From Eledone cirrhosa (taxonomy: Eukaryota), in the NCBI GenBank assembly GCA_964016885.1, contig OZ024749.1, positions 23,560,001 to 23,624,000 on the forward strand: a stretch of 64,000 nucleotides of DNA, given 5' to 3'. Numbering within the stretch: position 1 is the stretch's first letter; each line of letters opens with the position of its first letter. Below are positions 43,833 to 55,605 of the stretch, one piece after another. The notes beneath the pieces are model-generated. The model did not search any database. It was not told the DNA's origin and worked only from the letters and a program-made list of their open reading frames with translations. The position numbers and the translations under genes were made by a program.

Positions 43833-44620
43833 TATCTTTCTTTATTTGCCACAGGGGCGTACACAAATGGGACATTACAAGACGCGACTGCGGGGGTTTT
43901 ACATAAAAATAACTTTAACATTAATAAATAACAATAAACAATATATAATAAAATAACAAATAAAATCCCCAATAGATATAAACGTTACTGCAGGGTTGTT
44001 ATACACCCCGTGGATAGAATATCACTCAACACCAGGAACACGTTTTTGTAGGTGTTCCTGCCTTCCCTCTGTTTATCTTCCTCAACCTACAGGTTTATAT
44101 ACAGAGAAGGCCCATTCACTCGAGCCATTTTCGCCACATTCACCCCCCTTTCAACGAATTTACTGGGGTGTAGCACCTCTTTCTCCACTCTCACCTTCCT
44201 TCAGAAGTGATACTTAAAGAAGGGGATAAGTTTTTGTCCGGAGAGAAAGGTGTTTGCCACCAGTCCTTTTAACCTCGTCCACCATATTACCTCTTTCGCC
44301 ATAGCTACCAAACAGAGGAAAACCGCCTCTCATTTCGTTCTTAAATGAAGGCGGCGGGGTGATCCCCATGATGGACTTGGCTGACAACTGGATGCGTCCC
44401 ACACGTGCCAGTAGCTGTTCGACATAATTCCACAGGTCGGTCACCCCCGGACACTCAACAATTGCGTGTTGAACGGTTTCGATGTCCTGCTGGCATCTTG
44501 GACAGGTCCTTTTGTCAGGATCTCTGACAGGGAGTCCGTGCCTGTAGATTTTGTCTCAAACTGGTAGAGCTCCTCGGTCGCACTGCCAGTGACCTCTGGA
44601 AGTTATCCATAGGCCCTGGA
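43833..44620 (-). mobile_element. Tx1/L1-like LINE 3' fragment
   Basis: Minus strand RGALPV..CPRCQQDIETVQHAIVECPGVTDLW (zf-RVT type CCHC); 3' end GGCAAATAAAGAAAG running into (TA)n. Confidence 0.75.
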
Positions 44621-44735
44621 GATAGATATAGATATATAAACATATATTGAATGATGTATTCATACATATACGTATAAACATATGACAGTGACTTCGAGTT
44701 TCGGCTACAAGAGCCTATATTTATATATGTATGTC

Positions 44736-44811
<76 letters not shown>

Positions 44812-44837
44812 TGTATTTACGTATTATATATATGCAT

Positions 44838-44887
<50 letters not shown>

Positions 44888-44911
44888 ACTGTATGTATAT
44901 ATATATATATA

Positions 44912-46123
44912 TATAATGAAACAATTGTTTGGAAAGAGAGATATACTATAACTTTAATTATATCTCATAAAATAATACAACTGGTTTTTCCACATTATAC
45001 ATATTGTTAGCACCCCAAACACTTAAATTGGGTTTATATTTTAATATAACCTAATGTTTGTTGAGTGAGATGGTTACCAGTCAGAGTTTAGCTTTAAACT
45101 ATCTCTGTTATTGTATTAAATAGTTACTCTTGATTGGCCAGAGGTGTTTATTTCCAGGTACCTTATGAATTTGACTTTCCGTATTTATTACTGTTGTGAA
45201 ATATTGTGGCTTTTGGGGGGTTGTAACTTCTCTGTTTTTTAGCCTAGGAAAATATATATATATGCCTACGTATATAATTACATGCATATATGTATTTATT
45301 TTCTCTTATTAATTGAGTTCTTTACACGAGGAATTAATATTGGTTTTGAAATAACTAATTAACCCGCGTGTGTTTTATATTTTACTCTTAATAATTCGGC
45401 CGGAGAATTATATTCCCATTTGCCCTTTATAGCATAACTTTCTGCATTTACTGCGGTTATGAGAAGCGGTTCTTATTCGGGTACAACTTCTGATTTAGCC
45501 TAAGAAAATATCTATATGCGTGTGTAATTTATACAAGCATATATATATTTTGTTATTTTCAATTGAGTTCTTAAACACGTTGGATTGATAATGTTTTCAA
45601 AAAAACTAATTAACCCGCGTGTATATTATTTTTTTCCTCATTTCGTGGGTTGTCTCCCCTTCCCGCTTCGTGTCGCTATGATACTTCCTCAGTCAAAAAC
45701 TGCTGGAATTTCAAATTTGGCGGTCATTCGAGGCGGGAGAGAGCTACTTTAGGGACATGATTTTTGACAGCGGTAAGAAATTGTTTTCTTATATCAATGT
45801 TTAATGGGCTTCCACTGATGATTTATAAGTGCCCACCTAAATATATTCTTACATGAATATATATTAGGCTTCTACATAAACTGGAAACATTCTCCCAAAC
45901 TCGTAGAAAACTTATAATGAAACAATTGTTTGGAAAGAGAGATATACTATAACTTTAATTATATCTCATAAAATAATACAACTGGTTTTTCCACATTATA
46001 CATATTGTTAGCACCCCAAACACTTAAATTGGGTTTATATTTCAATATAACCTAATGTTTGTTGAGTGAGATGGTTACCAGTCAGAGTTTAGCTTTAAAC
46101 TATCTCTGTTATTGTATTAAATA
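44912..46123 (+). mobile_element. Terminally redundant non-coding unit (1001-nt period) with a long-stem-II hammerhead (45810-45935)
   Basis: 44912-45122 ~ 45913-46123. TTCCA-CTGATGA-T.TTATAAGT..ACTTATAA.T-GAAA-CAATTG-TT-TGGAA. Confidence 0.8.
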
Positions 46124-46344
46124 TATATATATATATAGGACTGACTTAATGTACACGTGCTATTTCTCACATATTCTTTTCTGTTCTTCCTATTCTAACT
46201 CTCTATCTTTCTATTGTATCTGCTGATTTCACTGCTTTAGCGTCACTGCTACATAGTCGGCTTATGAAACTGCCAGCCGACCCTCGTAGGTGTATTATTT
46301 TTGATAAAACTATGATGGATTCATGTACTACTGATCTCAATTTA

Positions 46345-46380
46345 TCTTCCGACGAAGAACTAGAGTCCGAAACGTTAAGA
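46345..46380 (+). ncRNA. Minimal Penelope-type hammerhead motif (U4C)
   Basis: TCTT-CCGACGA-A-GAACT(AG)AGTCC-GAAA-CG-TT-AAGA. Confidence 0.65.
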
Positions 46381-46481
46381 CACTTTTCCTACTATATCAA
46401 GTGTCAAAATAATATACTTCTTCATTGTATTGTGTCGCTTGCTTTAATCTTTCTCTTTACTCTTTATATACCTACATGTAA

Positions 46482-46576
<95 letters not shown>

Positions 46577-46809
46577 GAGGTTATATTTAATTTGTTGGGA
46601 ATCATCAAGCTTAAACATTTTTAAAACTGCTATAAAGCACTCAACAATTTAGTGGAGTAAATACACAATATATTAATAAATGGAGACTATATTTATAAAA
46701 CCATATTTCATTTATTATATATATTTCAAGGGCAGTCAAAGAAGCTCCAACCGTTAAGGTTGTCTTTTTTTCCGGGTATGTCAATATTTATTTATAAAAC
46801 AAATCTGTA

Positions 46810-46874
46810 TTTTATCTGATGAAAGGGCACCATAATTTGCCTTGGTTGCCCTTGAAATATATATAATATATAAA
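46810..46874 (+). ncRNA. Hammerhead motif (3' side truncated into TA repeat)
   Basis: TTTTAT-CTGATGA-AAGGGCA..TGCCCTT-GAAA-TATATA-TA; inverted partial copy at ~46705-46735 supplies the ATAAA helix I strand. Confidence 0.65.
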
Positions 46875-46969
46875 TATATATAATATAATTAATATCGTTT
46901 CATAAATATATATATATATATATATATAATGTAGGAGGTGAGTTTTATTGTAGTACAATAATATATATA

Positions 46970-47414
46970 TATAATATAAGATCAAAAGATGGTTAAAGGA
47001 GTTCAATATATTTTATTATGCGCATTTCAAAAACAAACATCATCAAACAATAATATTTGTGTTTTCATCAGATAAAACAGGAGAACATGATATGAAGGCT
47101 AAAAAGAACACTTGTTGATAGTGCAGTTTTAAATCAACATATATGTTGATTTAAAACTGATATGTTGATTTAAAACTGCACTATCAACAAGTGTTTTTTT
47201 TAGCCTTCATATCATGTTCTCCTGTTTTATCTGATGAAAACACAAATATTATTGTTTGATGATGTTTGTTTTTGAAATGCGCATAATAAAATATATTGAA
47301 CTCCTTTAACCATCTTTTGATCTTATATTATGCATACTCCAGTCCCACAAACTGTAGAGTGCTTCTTATCCGATATCTGCATTGCTTTATTGTACTACAA
47401 TAAAACTCACCTCC

Positions 47415-47418
<4 letters not shown>
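46970..47418. repeat. Family A fold-back with two hammerheads (47011-47077 minus, 47225-47291 plus)
   Basis: Arms 46970-47141 / 47161-47331 are essentially perfect, with a 19-nt duplication at the centre. Confidence 0.88.
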
Positions 47419-47476
<58 letters not shown>

Positions 47477-48424
47477 TATATATATATATTTATATATATA
47501 CTTATATATGTGTGTGTATGTGTGTGTGTGTGCGTATATTTATGTGTCCGTAATCGTCAGACATTTTTTTTATGCGGTTTATGCTTTGTGTGTTTGTTGA
47601 GAGAACAGCTTCGAGAACATTATAAAGTTAGTGGCCATATGTTCTCAGGTTTGGTCATATCAGGAATTTGTCTATATAGAAAACATTTGAAAGTTCCTTC
47701 ACACATACGTGATATATAGTTGCAAATCTCCTTGTGTATGCAGTTATGTATTAATATTTTTTCATGTGTGTTTTGTTAGATTTTGTTACTTAAATCCGTG
47801 TTACACATGAAGATATCAGCATGATACTTTTTTGTTGTTGTTGTCAATATCACATGATATCTGAATGACGATAACTAATAAAAAATCGCACGGTTAGTAT
47901 TGATAGGAATTCGCTGGAAATCATTAGTATTTGTGTTATTATATATCATGTTATGGTACGTGTATGTTTATGGTTTTTCCTTTTATTTTTGATATTTTTT
48001 ATTCTTCTCTTTCTGCAATCAATAATTGGAAAAAATTGTAATGTCAACTAACAAGGAAAACGTGAAAATGGAAAAAATAAAAGCGCTAAATGAAATAATA
48101 ACAATAAACATCTATATTATAAAAGAATGTATTGGATGTAAAAATTGATGATATTAACACGAAAGAAAGAAAAAATTAATTTCAAATATAGGATGTTCGT
48201 TGATTGGAAGCTGTTGGAAGCCGTTATATTCCCAAATAATTTGGTTTTATATTGATGAAATGCATTGTCTAATTTAGCTGGTGGATGAGATAGTTCCCTT
48301 CCTGCCGCGTTTATTGATTAGTCTTACAATATAATACTACCCCCCAAAAAAATGGCGGCGTGTATTTCGTCGTGAATATCTCGTTAAGCAATAAAACGTG
48401 TTTACTTGATTGAGTGTACTGCTG

Positions 48425-48518
<94 letters not shown>

Positions 48519-48519
48519 G

Positions 48520-48650
48520 TTATTCCGGGTTGAATCGGAGGTAACCACAGTAAGTAAGGTACTCAATACATTGCAGAGTATAAAAGTTTTAATATAGATG
48601 AGATTATACAGGACTAGAACTGTTTCATTCTTTAGAAATCATCAGGAATC
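48520..48650 (-). mobile_element. Family B fragment with hammerhead 48601-48650
   Basis: Matches 26845-26975. Confidence 0.75.
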
Positions 48651-48671
48651 AATATATATATATATATATAT

Positions 48672-48813
48672 ATAGGAACCAGTAAGACCCCGACGGCTGA
48701 GCTCAAGCCGTTTCGACGGGGTCTTACTGGTTCCTATTACCCACTCTACTACCCTAAGTATTGAGTACTTTGGTGCGTTATGGTCCACCTGGTTCTTTAC
48801 CACATTTCCTTCG

Positions 48814-48815
<2 letters not shown>
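48672..48815. mobile_element. Family C fragment with fold-back junction
   Basis: Antisense piece 48672-48717 joined to a sense piece from 48718. Confidence 0.7.
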
Positions 48816-48906
<91 letters not shown>

Positions 48907-49039
48907 TTTGTTGTAGTTGTTGTTGCTCTTATTCTTGTGGATATAGTTATTAGTATTGGTATTGTTGTTGTTAAGTAGTGGTCGTGTTTGTTCTCTGTGG
49001 TAGTGTCATGTGTTATTGTTTTCACTGGTGCTGTTGTGT

Positions 49040-52000
49040 TGTTGGTGTTGTTATGTGATGGCGTTGTAGGTGATGGTGTTGTTATGTGGTGGGGGTGTTG
49101 GTGATGGTGTTGTTATGTGGTGGTGGTGTTGGTGATGGTGTTGTTATGTGATGGTGGTGTAGGTGATGGTATTGTTATGTGGTGGTGGTGTTGGTGATGG
49201 TGTTGTTATGTGATGGTGGTGTAGGTGATGGTGTTGTTATGTGATGGTGGTGTAGGTGATGGTATTGTTATGTGGTGGTGGTGTTGGTGATGGTATTGTT
49301 ATGTGGTGGTGGTGTAGGTGATGGTGTTGTTATGTGATGGTGGTGTAGGTGATGGTGTTGTTATGTGGTGGGGGTGTTGGTGATGGTGTTGTTATGTGAT
49401 GGTGGTGTAGGTGATGGTATTGTTATGTGGTGGTGGTGTTGGTGATGGTATTGTTATGTGGTGGTGGTGTAGGTGATGGTGTTGTTATGTGATGGTGGTG
49501 TAGGTGATGGTGTTGTTATGTGGTGGGGGTGTTGGTGATGGTATTGTTATGTGGTGGTGGTGTTGGTGATGGTGTTGTTATGTGATGGTGGTGTAGGTGA
49601 TGGTGTTGTTATGTGGTGGTGGTGGTGTTGTTGTTATGTGATGGTGTTGTAGGTGATGGTGTTGTTATGTGGTGGGGGTGTAGGTGATGGTGTTGTTATG
49701 TGATGGTGGTGTAGGTGATGGTGTTGTTATGTGGTGGGGGTGTTGGTGATGGTGTTGTTATGTGGTGGTGGTGGTGTTGTTGTTATGTGATGGTGTTGTA
49801 GGTGATGGTGTTGTTATGTGGTGGGGGTGTAGGTGATGGTGTTGTTATGTGATGGTGTTGTAGGTGATGGTGTTGTTATGTGGTGGGGGTGTTGGTAGTG
49901 GTGTTGTTATGTGGTGGGGGTGTTGGTGATGGTGTTGTTATGTGGTGGGGGTGTTGGTGATGGTGTTGTTATGTGGTGGTGGTGGTGTTGTTGTTATGTG
50001 ATGGTGTTGTAGGTGATGGTGTTGTTATGTGGTGGGGGTGTAGGTGATGGTGTTGTTATGTGATGGTGTTGTAGGTGATGGTGTTGTTATGTGGTGGGGG
50101 TGTTGGTAATGGTGTTGTTATGTGGTGGGGGTGTTGGTGATGGTGTTGTTATGTGGTGGGGGTGTTGGTGATGGTGTTGTTATGTGGTGGGGGTGTAGGT
50201 GATGGTGTTGTTATGTGGTGGTGGTGTTGGTGATGGTGTTGTTATGTGGTGGGGGTGTAGGTGATGGTGTTGTTATGTGGTGGGGGTGGGGGTGATGGTG
50301 TTGTTATGTGGTGGTGGTGGTGTTGTTGTTATGTGGTGGGGGTGTTGGTGAAGGTGTTGTTATGTGGTGGGGGTGTTGGTGATGGTGTTGTTATGTGTGG
50401 GGGTGGGGGTGATGGTGTTGTTATGTGATGGGGTGTTGGTGATGGTGTTGTTATGTGGTGGGTGTGTTGGTGATGGTGTTGTTATGTGGTGGTGGTGGTG
50501 TTGTTGTTATGTGGTGGGGGTGTTGGTGAAGGTGTTGTTATGTGGTGGGGGTGTTGGTGATGGTGTTGTTATGTGGTGGGGTGGTGTTGTTGTTATGTGG
50601 TGGGGGTGTTGGTGAAGGTGTTGTTATGTGGTGGGGGTGTAGGTGATGGTGTTGTTATGTGATGGTGGTGTAGGTGATGGTGTTGTTATGTGGTGGGGGT
50701 GGGGGTGATGGTGTTGTTATGTGGTGGTGGTGGTGTTGTTGTTATGTGGTGGGGGTGTTGGTGAAGGTGTTGTTATGTGGTGGGGGTGTAGGTGATGGTG
50801 TTGTTATGTGATGGTGGTGTAGGTGATGGTGTTGTTATGTGGTGGGGGTGGGGGGTGGTGTTGTTATGTGATGGTGGTGTAGGTGATGGTGTTGTTATGT
50901 GGTGGTGGTGGTGTTGTTGTTATGTGGTGGGGGTGTTGGTGAAGGTGTTGTTATGTGGTGGGGGTGTAGGTGATGGTGTTGTTATGTGATGGTGGTGTAG
51001 GTGATGGTGTTGTTATGTGGTGGGGGTGGGGGTGATGGTGTTGTTATGTGGTGGTGGTGGTGTTGGTGATGGTGTTGTTATGTGGTGGTGGTGTTGGTGA
51101 TGGTGTTGTTATGTGGTGGGGTGTTGGTGATGGTGTTGTTACGTGGTGGGGGTGTTGGTGATGGTGTTGTTTTGTGGTGGGGGTGTTGGTGATGGTGTTG
51201 TTATGTGGTGGGGGTGTTGGTGATGGTGTTGTTATGTGGTGGGGGTGGTGGTGCTGTTATGTGGTGGGGGTGTTGGTGATGGTATTGTTATGTGGTGGTG
51301 GTGTTGGTGATGGTGTTGTTATGTGGTGGGGGTGTTGTTATGTGGTGGTGGTGGTGGTGATGGTGTTGTTATGTGATGGTGGTGTAGGTGATGGTGTTGT
51401 TATGTGGTGGTGGTGGTGTTGTTGTTATGTGGTGGGGGTGTAGGTGATGGTGTTGTTATGTGATGGTGGTGTAGGTGATGGTGTTGTTATGTGGTGGGGA
51501 TGGGGGGGATGGTGTTGTTATGTGATCGTGTTGTAGGTGATGGTGTTGTTATGTGGTGGTGGTGGTGTTGGTGATGGTGTTGTTATGTGTAGGTGGTGTT
51601 GGTGATGGTGTTGTTATGTGGTGGGGTGTTGGTGATGGTGTTGTTACGTGGTGGGGGTGTTGGTGATGGTGTTGTTTTGTGGTGGGGGTGTTGGTGATGG
51701 TGTTGTTATGTGGTGGGGATGTTGGTGATGGTGTTGTTATGTGGTGGTGGTGGTGGTGTTGTTATGTGGTGGGGGTGTTGGTGATGGTGTTGTTATGTGG
51801 TGGGGGTGTTGGTGATGGTGTTGTTATGTGGTGGGGGTGTTAGTGATGGTGTTTTTATGTGGTGGGGGTGTTGGTGATGGTGTTGTTATGTGGTGGGGGT
51901 GTTGGTGATGGTGTTTTTATGTGGTGGGGGTGGTGTTGTTATGTGGTGGGGTGTTGGTGAAGGTGTTGTTATGTGGTGGGGGTGTTGGTGATGGTGTTGT

Positions 52001-52050
52001 TATGTGGTGGGGGTGTTGGTGATGGTGTTGTTATGTGGTTGTGGTGTTTC
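49040..52050. repeat. 31-bp G/T-rich minisatellite, consensus GGTGATGGTGTTGTTATGTGGTGGGGGTGTT (~95-100 units)
   Basis: GTTATG recurs every 31 nt (e.g. 49081, 49112), with shorter variants interspersed. Confidence 0.95.
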
Positions 52051-52670
52051 TGAAGGATTTTGCTGATCCTGTGGTTTTGTTGTTGGTGGTGTTGGGGATA
52101 GTGATGTTATGTGGTGGTGGTGGTGGTGGTGATTTTGGAGATGGTGTTACTATGTGGTGGTGGTGCTGTTGGTGATGGTGTTGTTTTATGGTGGTGGTGG
52201 TGGTGGTGGTGGTGTTCTTGATGGTGTTTATTGTTGGTTTTATTGTTGGTGTTACTAATATTGTTGTGACTGTTTCATGGTGTTGTTGTTGGTTTTATTT
52301 TTGTGTTAGTCTTTGTTATTCTGGCATTGTCTTTTTTGTCATCGTTGGAATCCTTCAAACGTGGTGGTAATGGAACTACTGTCGTTGTAGTAGTTGGTAT
52401 TGTTGTTGTCATAGCACTCGTAGCTTTATACATTCTGTTTTGGGGGCTGCTGCCGTCGTAGCTGGTGGTGTTGGAACTCCTGACGTCGTGGTTAGTTTTC
52501 TTGTTGTTGTCATAGTAGTCGTTCCTTGTGTAGTTATGTGTATGGAGGTGTTGGAGCTCCTGGTGTTGTAGTTATGCTGTTATCATTGATGGCTTGTTAT
52601 GTGTCGGGATTGTGGTGCTGCTGTTGTTGTTGTTGTGTCAGTTGGAGAAGAATGTTGTTAAAACAGAAAA

Positions 52671-52761
52671 ACTCACAAACCTCATTATAGTAGTACAAAC
52701 ATCTGATTGGAATCTAATTAAAACTGCCAACAGAGCCAGAACCTGCAGCGTTGCCTTTATA
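52671..52761 (-). promoter_or_regulatory. Possible TATA promoter and short first exon ending in a GTGAGT donor
   Basis: Minus strand TATAAAG (52761-52755), CAGTT Inr-like at ~52725, ATGAGGTTT|GTGAGT at 52685-52671. Motifs only. Confidence 0.3.
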
Positions 52762-52804
52762 ACACACACACACACGCACATACACATACATACACACACG
52801 CACG

Positions 52805-52845
<41 letters not shown>

Positions 52846-53031
52846 ACACACATACACTCACACACACACTCTCTCTCACCCTCGCTCTCTCTGACTCTCA
52901 CTCTCTCTCTCGCTCAGTCGCAGACATGCGTACATCAATCACTTATATAAACACACACCCACACAAGAGCAAAGATCCATATAGATTAAAAGAAGTAACC
53001 ACTATGAAATGTACACACACACACATATACG

Positions 53032-53090
<59 letters not shown>

Positions 53091-53123
53091 TTCTTAATAC
53101 ATACATGCATATATATATATATG

Positions 53124-53233
<110 letters not shown>

Positions 53234-53760
53234 AATATATATATATATTTATATATATACATATATATATATATATATAAATATATATATATATTTATAT
53301 ATGTATATTTATATACATATATGGTGAGACCATGCTTGGGCACCGCCTTTGTTGTTACACTTTCTATGGCACCTACCTTCCTTAGTTGGCCTTTGAGGAA
53401 TGAGGGAGTTTCTCCACGCTCCTCTCATTAGTGTTTCTTGCCGTTAGCAAATTGTCAAGTGTTAAACGCTGAAAAGGAAACATGAGAATGGAAAATTGAA
53501 TGAGAAAATAGAATATAAATGCATATAAATGAATGAATAATTACATAAATAAGGAAACACATAGAAATAAATATTAAAAAACAAAACAAATATTCATAAA
53601 TATAAAGAGGTTGTTATGAAATTTCAGTTTGACGGAGAAGAGTTATAATTGAAATACACACGGATTGTTATTGAAGTTCATATTCCTCGTTAGTTTTCCT
53701 CATAATATTGTGTTACCACCGTTATCTTCGGCGATGAGTGCTACAGTTGTTTGATTAACG

Positions 53761-54094
53761 CAGTGATTCTCAACCAGTGTGCCGCGAGATTATCCAAGTG
53801 TGCCGCGAAATTTTGAATGCCCAAATTTCTCACTAAAGAAGCCAGCTATTTCACTGATGAAATTCGAAACACTGCAATAAAGTAAGTTCATAGCTGTGTT
53901 TTTCTTTATTTAGTTTGAATCCTTCTATGTTACTATGACTAGTCTGTGTCTACGGCTGTATGCCGTCTATGACTTGCGGTGTTTTTATTTTGTAAAATTC
54001 AAATATTTTTTATATATTTTTAGCCAGGTGGGCCGCTATTTTTTCATGTGTTCTAAGGTGTGCCGTTGGCAAAAAAAAGGTTTGAGAACAACTG
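53761..54094. mobile_element. hAT (Charlie-like) MITE
   Basis: TIRs CAGTGATTCTCAA / TTGAGAACAACTG, subterminal GTGTGCCGC repeats, 8-bp TSD GATTAACG / GATTAATG. Confidence 0.9.
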
Positions 54095-54257
54095 GATTAA
54101 TGGACGACCAAAGAATGAAATTATTCAGTAAATATTTTGTCTCTAACACATCTACTCGTAACGTATCTCTCAGAAATATTCAGCTTATCACAGCTATTGC
54201 GTTTCATGCTTTCGTGCTGGATATTATGAAGATTAGTCCGGTACTGGGGTTGAATCT

Positions 54258-54318
<61 letters not shown>

Positions 54319-54829
54319 GCGCTCTCTCTCTGGAAGAAATCGGCGGAAATCCAATCCGGAGATGGGTACGATCCACCAGATTTTAAATGCCCAAGGCAGC
54401 TCGTGTGTTAGAAGTGCGCGCCTACAAGTCCTTCAGCAGTTAAGTGACATCTATCTCTCTCACTACCTTAACAAAACAAATACTCCTTTGCAAGTTAATA
54501 TAGAATATAATGCAGTGGAAGTAAATGGAACTACAGCGGTTTTCCTGACGCAATGGGTTGTGTTCAGACCTGGAGAGAGAGGATATGTCTCTGCCAGGTT
54601 TAATAAAAGTGCTCAAGTAAGGACGTATGTTACAACAGAGCTCCTACAATTACATCAGTAGTTACGGGTATATACATACATCTCAGTTATGTGTGATATC
54701 ACTGCCCCTTTCAATTCGAAGTTCAATCAAGGCTAAGAAATTTTGAATAATTTCCATCTTCCCGATTTCGTGTCTAAAGTTTGGCTTGATCCAAGGCGAT
54801 GATAAGTGACATTTATCCAAGAAATCGAC

Positions 54830-55110
54830 AGTCGATAGACTTTCGTCAAATAGGACCGATTAAACAAGGATTCCATTGGTCTTTCCAATTGCTTATACTA
54901 TCTTTCAGTCGCAACTCCAGGTAGAAAGAGCACATATATATATATAAGTATATTAGTATCGGCGCTCTGAAATAGCGATTTATGTATGAATGTATGTATA
55001 TTTGAACATCGCTATTTCAGAGCACGGATACTAATTGATACAATAATAAGAGCAACAACAAGAAGAACACCCCACACTAACAACTACAACAACAAAGAGA
55101 ATAACATATG

Positions 55111-55190
<80 letters not shown>

Positions 55191-55605
55191 CGTGTGGCAA
55201 TCGTGAGGTTGTGAGTTCGATTCTTGGACCGGGCGATGCATTATGTCCTTGAGACTTTCTTATGACCTTGACACTTCCTGGAGTTGCAACCGATAGATAG
55301 TATTAGCAATTGGAAAGACCAATGGAAACATTGTTTCCTCGGTTCGATTTGACGAAAGTCGATCGTTCCTTTAATATATAGACAGTCAGTCGATCGACTT
55401 TCGTCAAATCGGACCGAGGAAACAATATCTCCACTGGTTTTTCTAATTGCTAATACTATCTTTCAGTCGCAACTCCGGGTAGAAGGAGCAAATGAAATAA
55501 AGTGTATTTCTCAATGATATAATGTATTACCTGGTCTGACGATTAAACTCATAATCTCACGATTGCGAATCCAATTTCGTAACTACTAATCCACGCGCCT
55601 TCACC
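54830..55605. mobile_element. Cluster of three SINE S2 pieces (54830-54932 minus, 55190-55365 plus, 55388-55603 minus)
   Basis: Mutual similarity; tRNA-like head GCGTGGATTAGTAGTTA.. and GAGTTCGATTC. Confidence 0.65.

Noticed and set aside
49040-52050. Minisatellite as a coding repeat or CRISPR array
   Set aside because: 31 is not a multiple of three, frames close repeatedly, there are no unique spacers or cas genes, and the context is eukaryotic.
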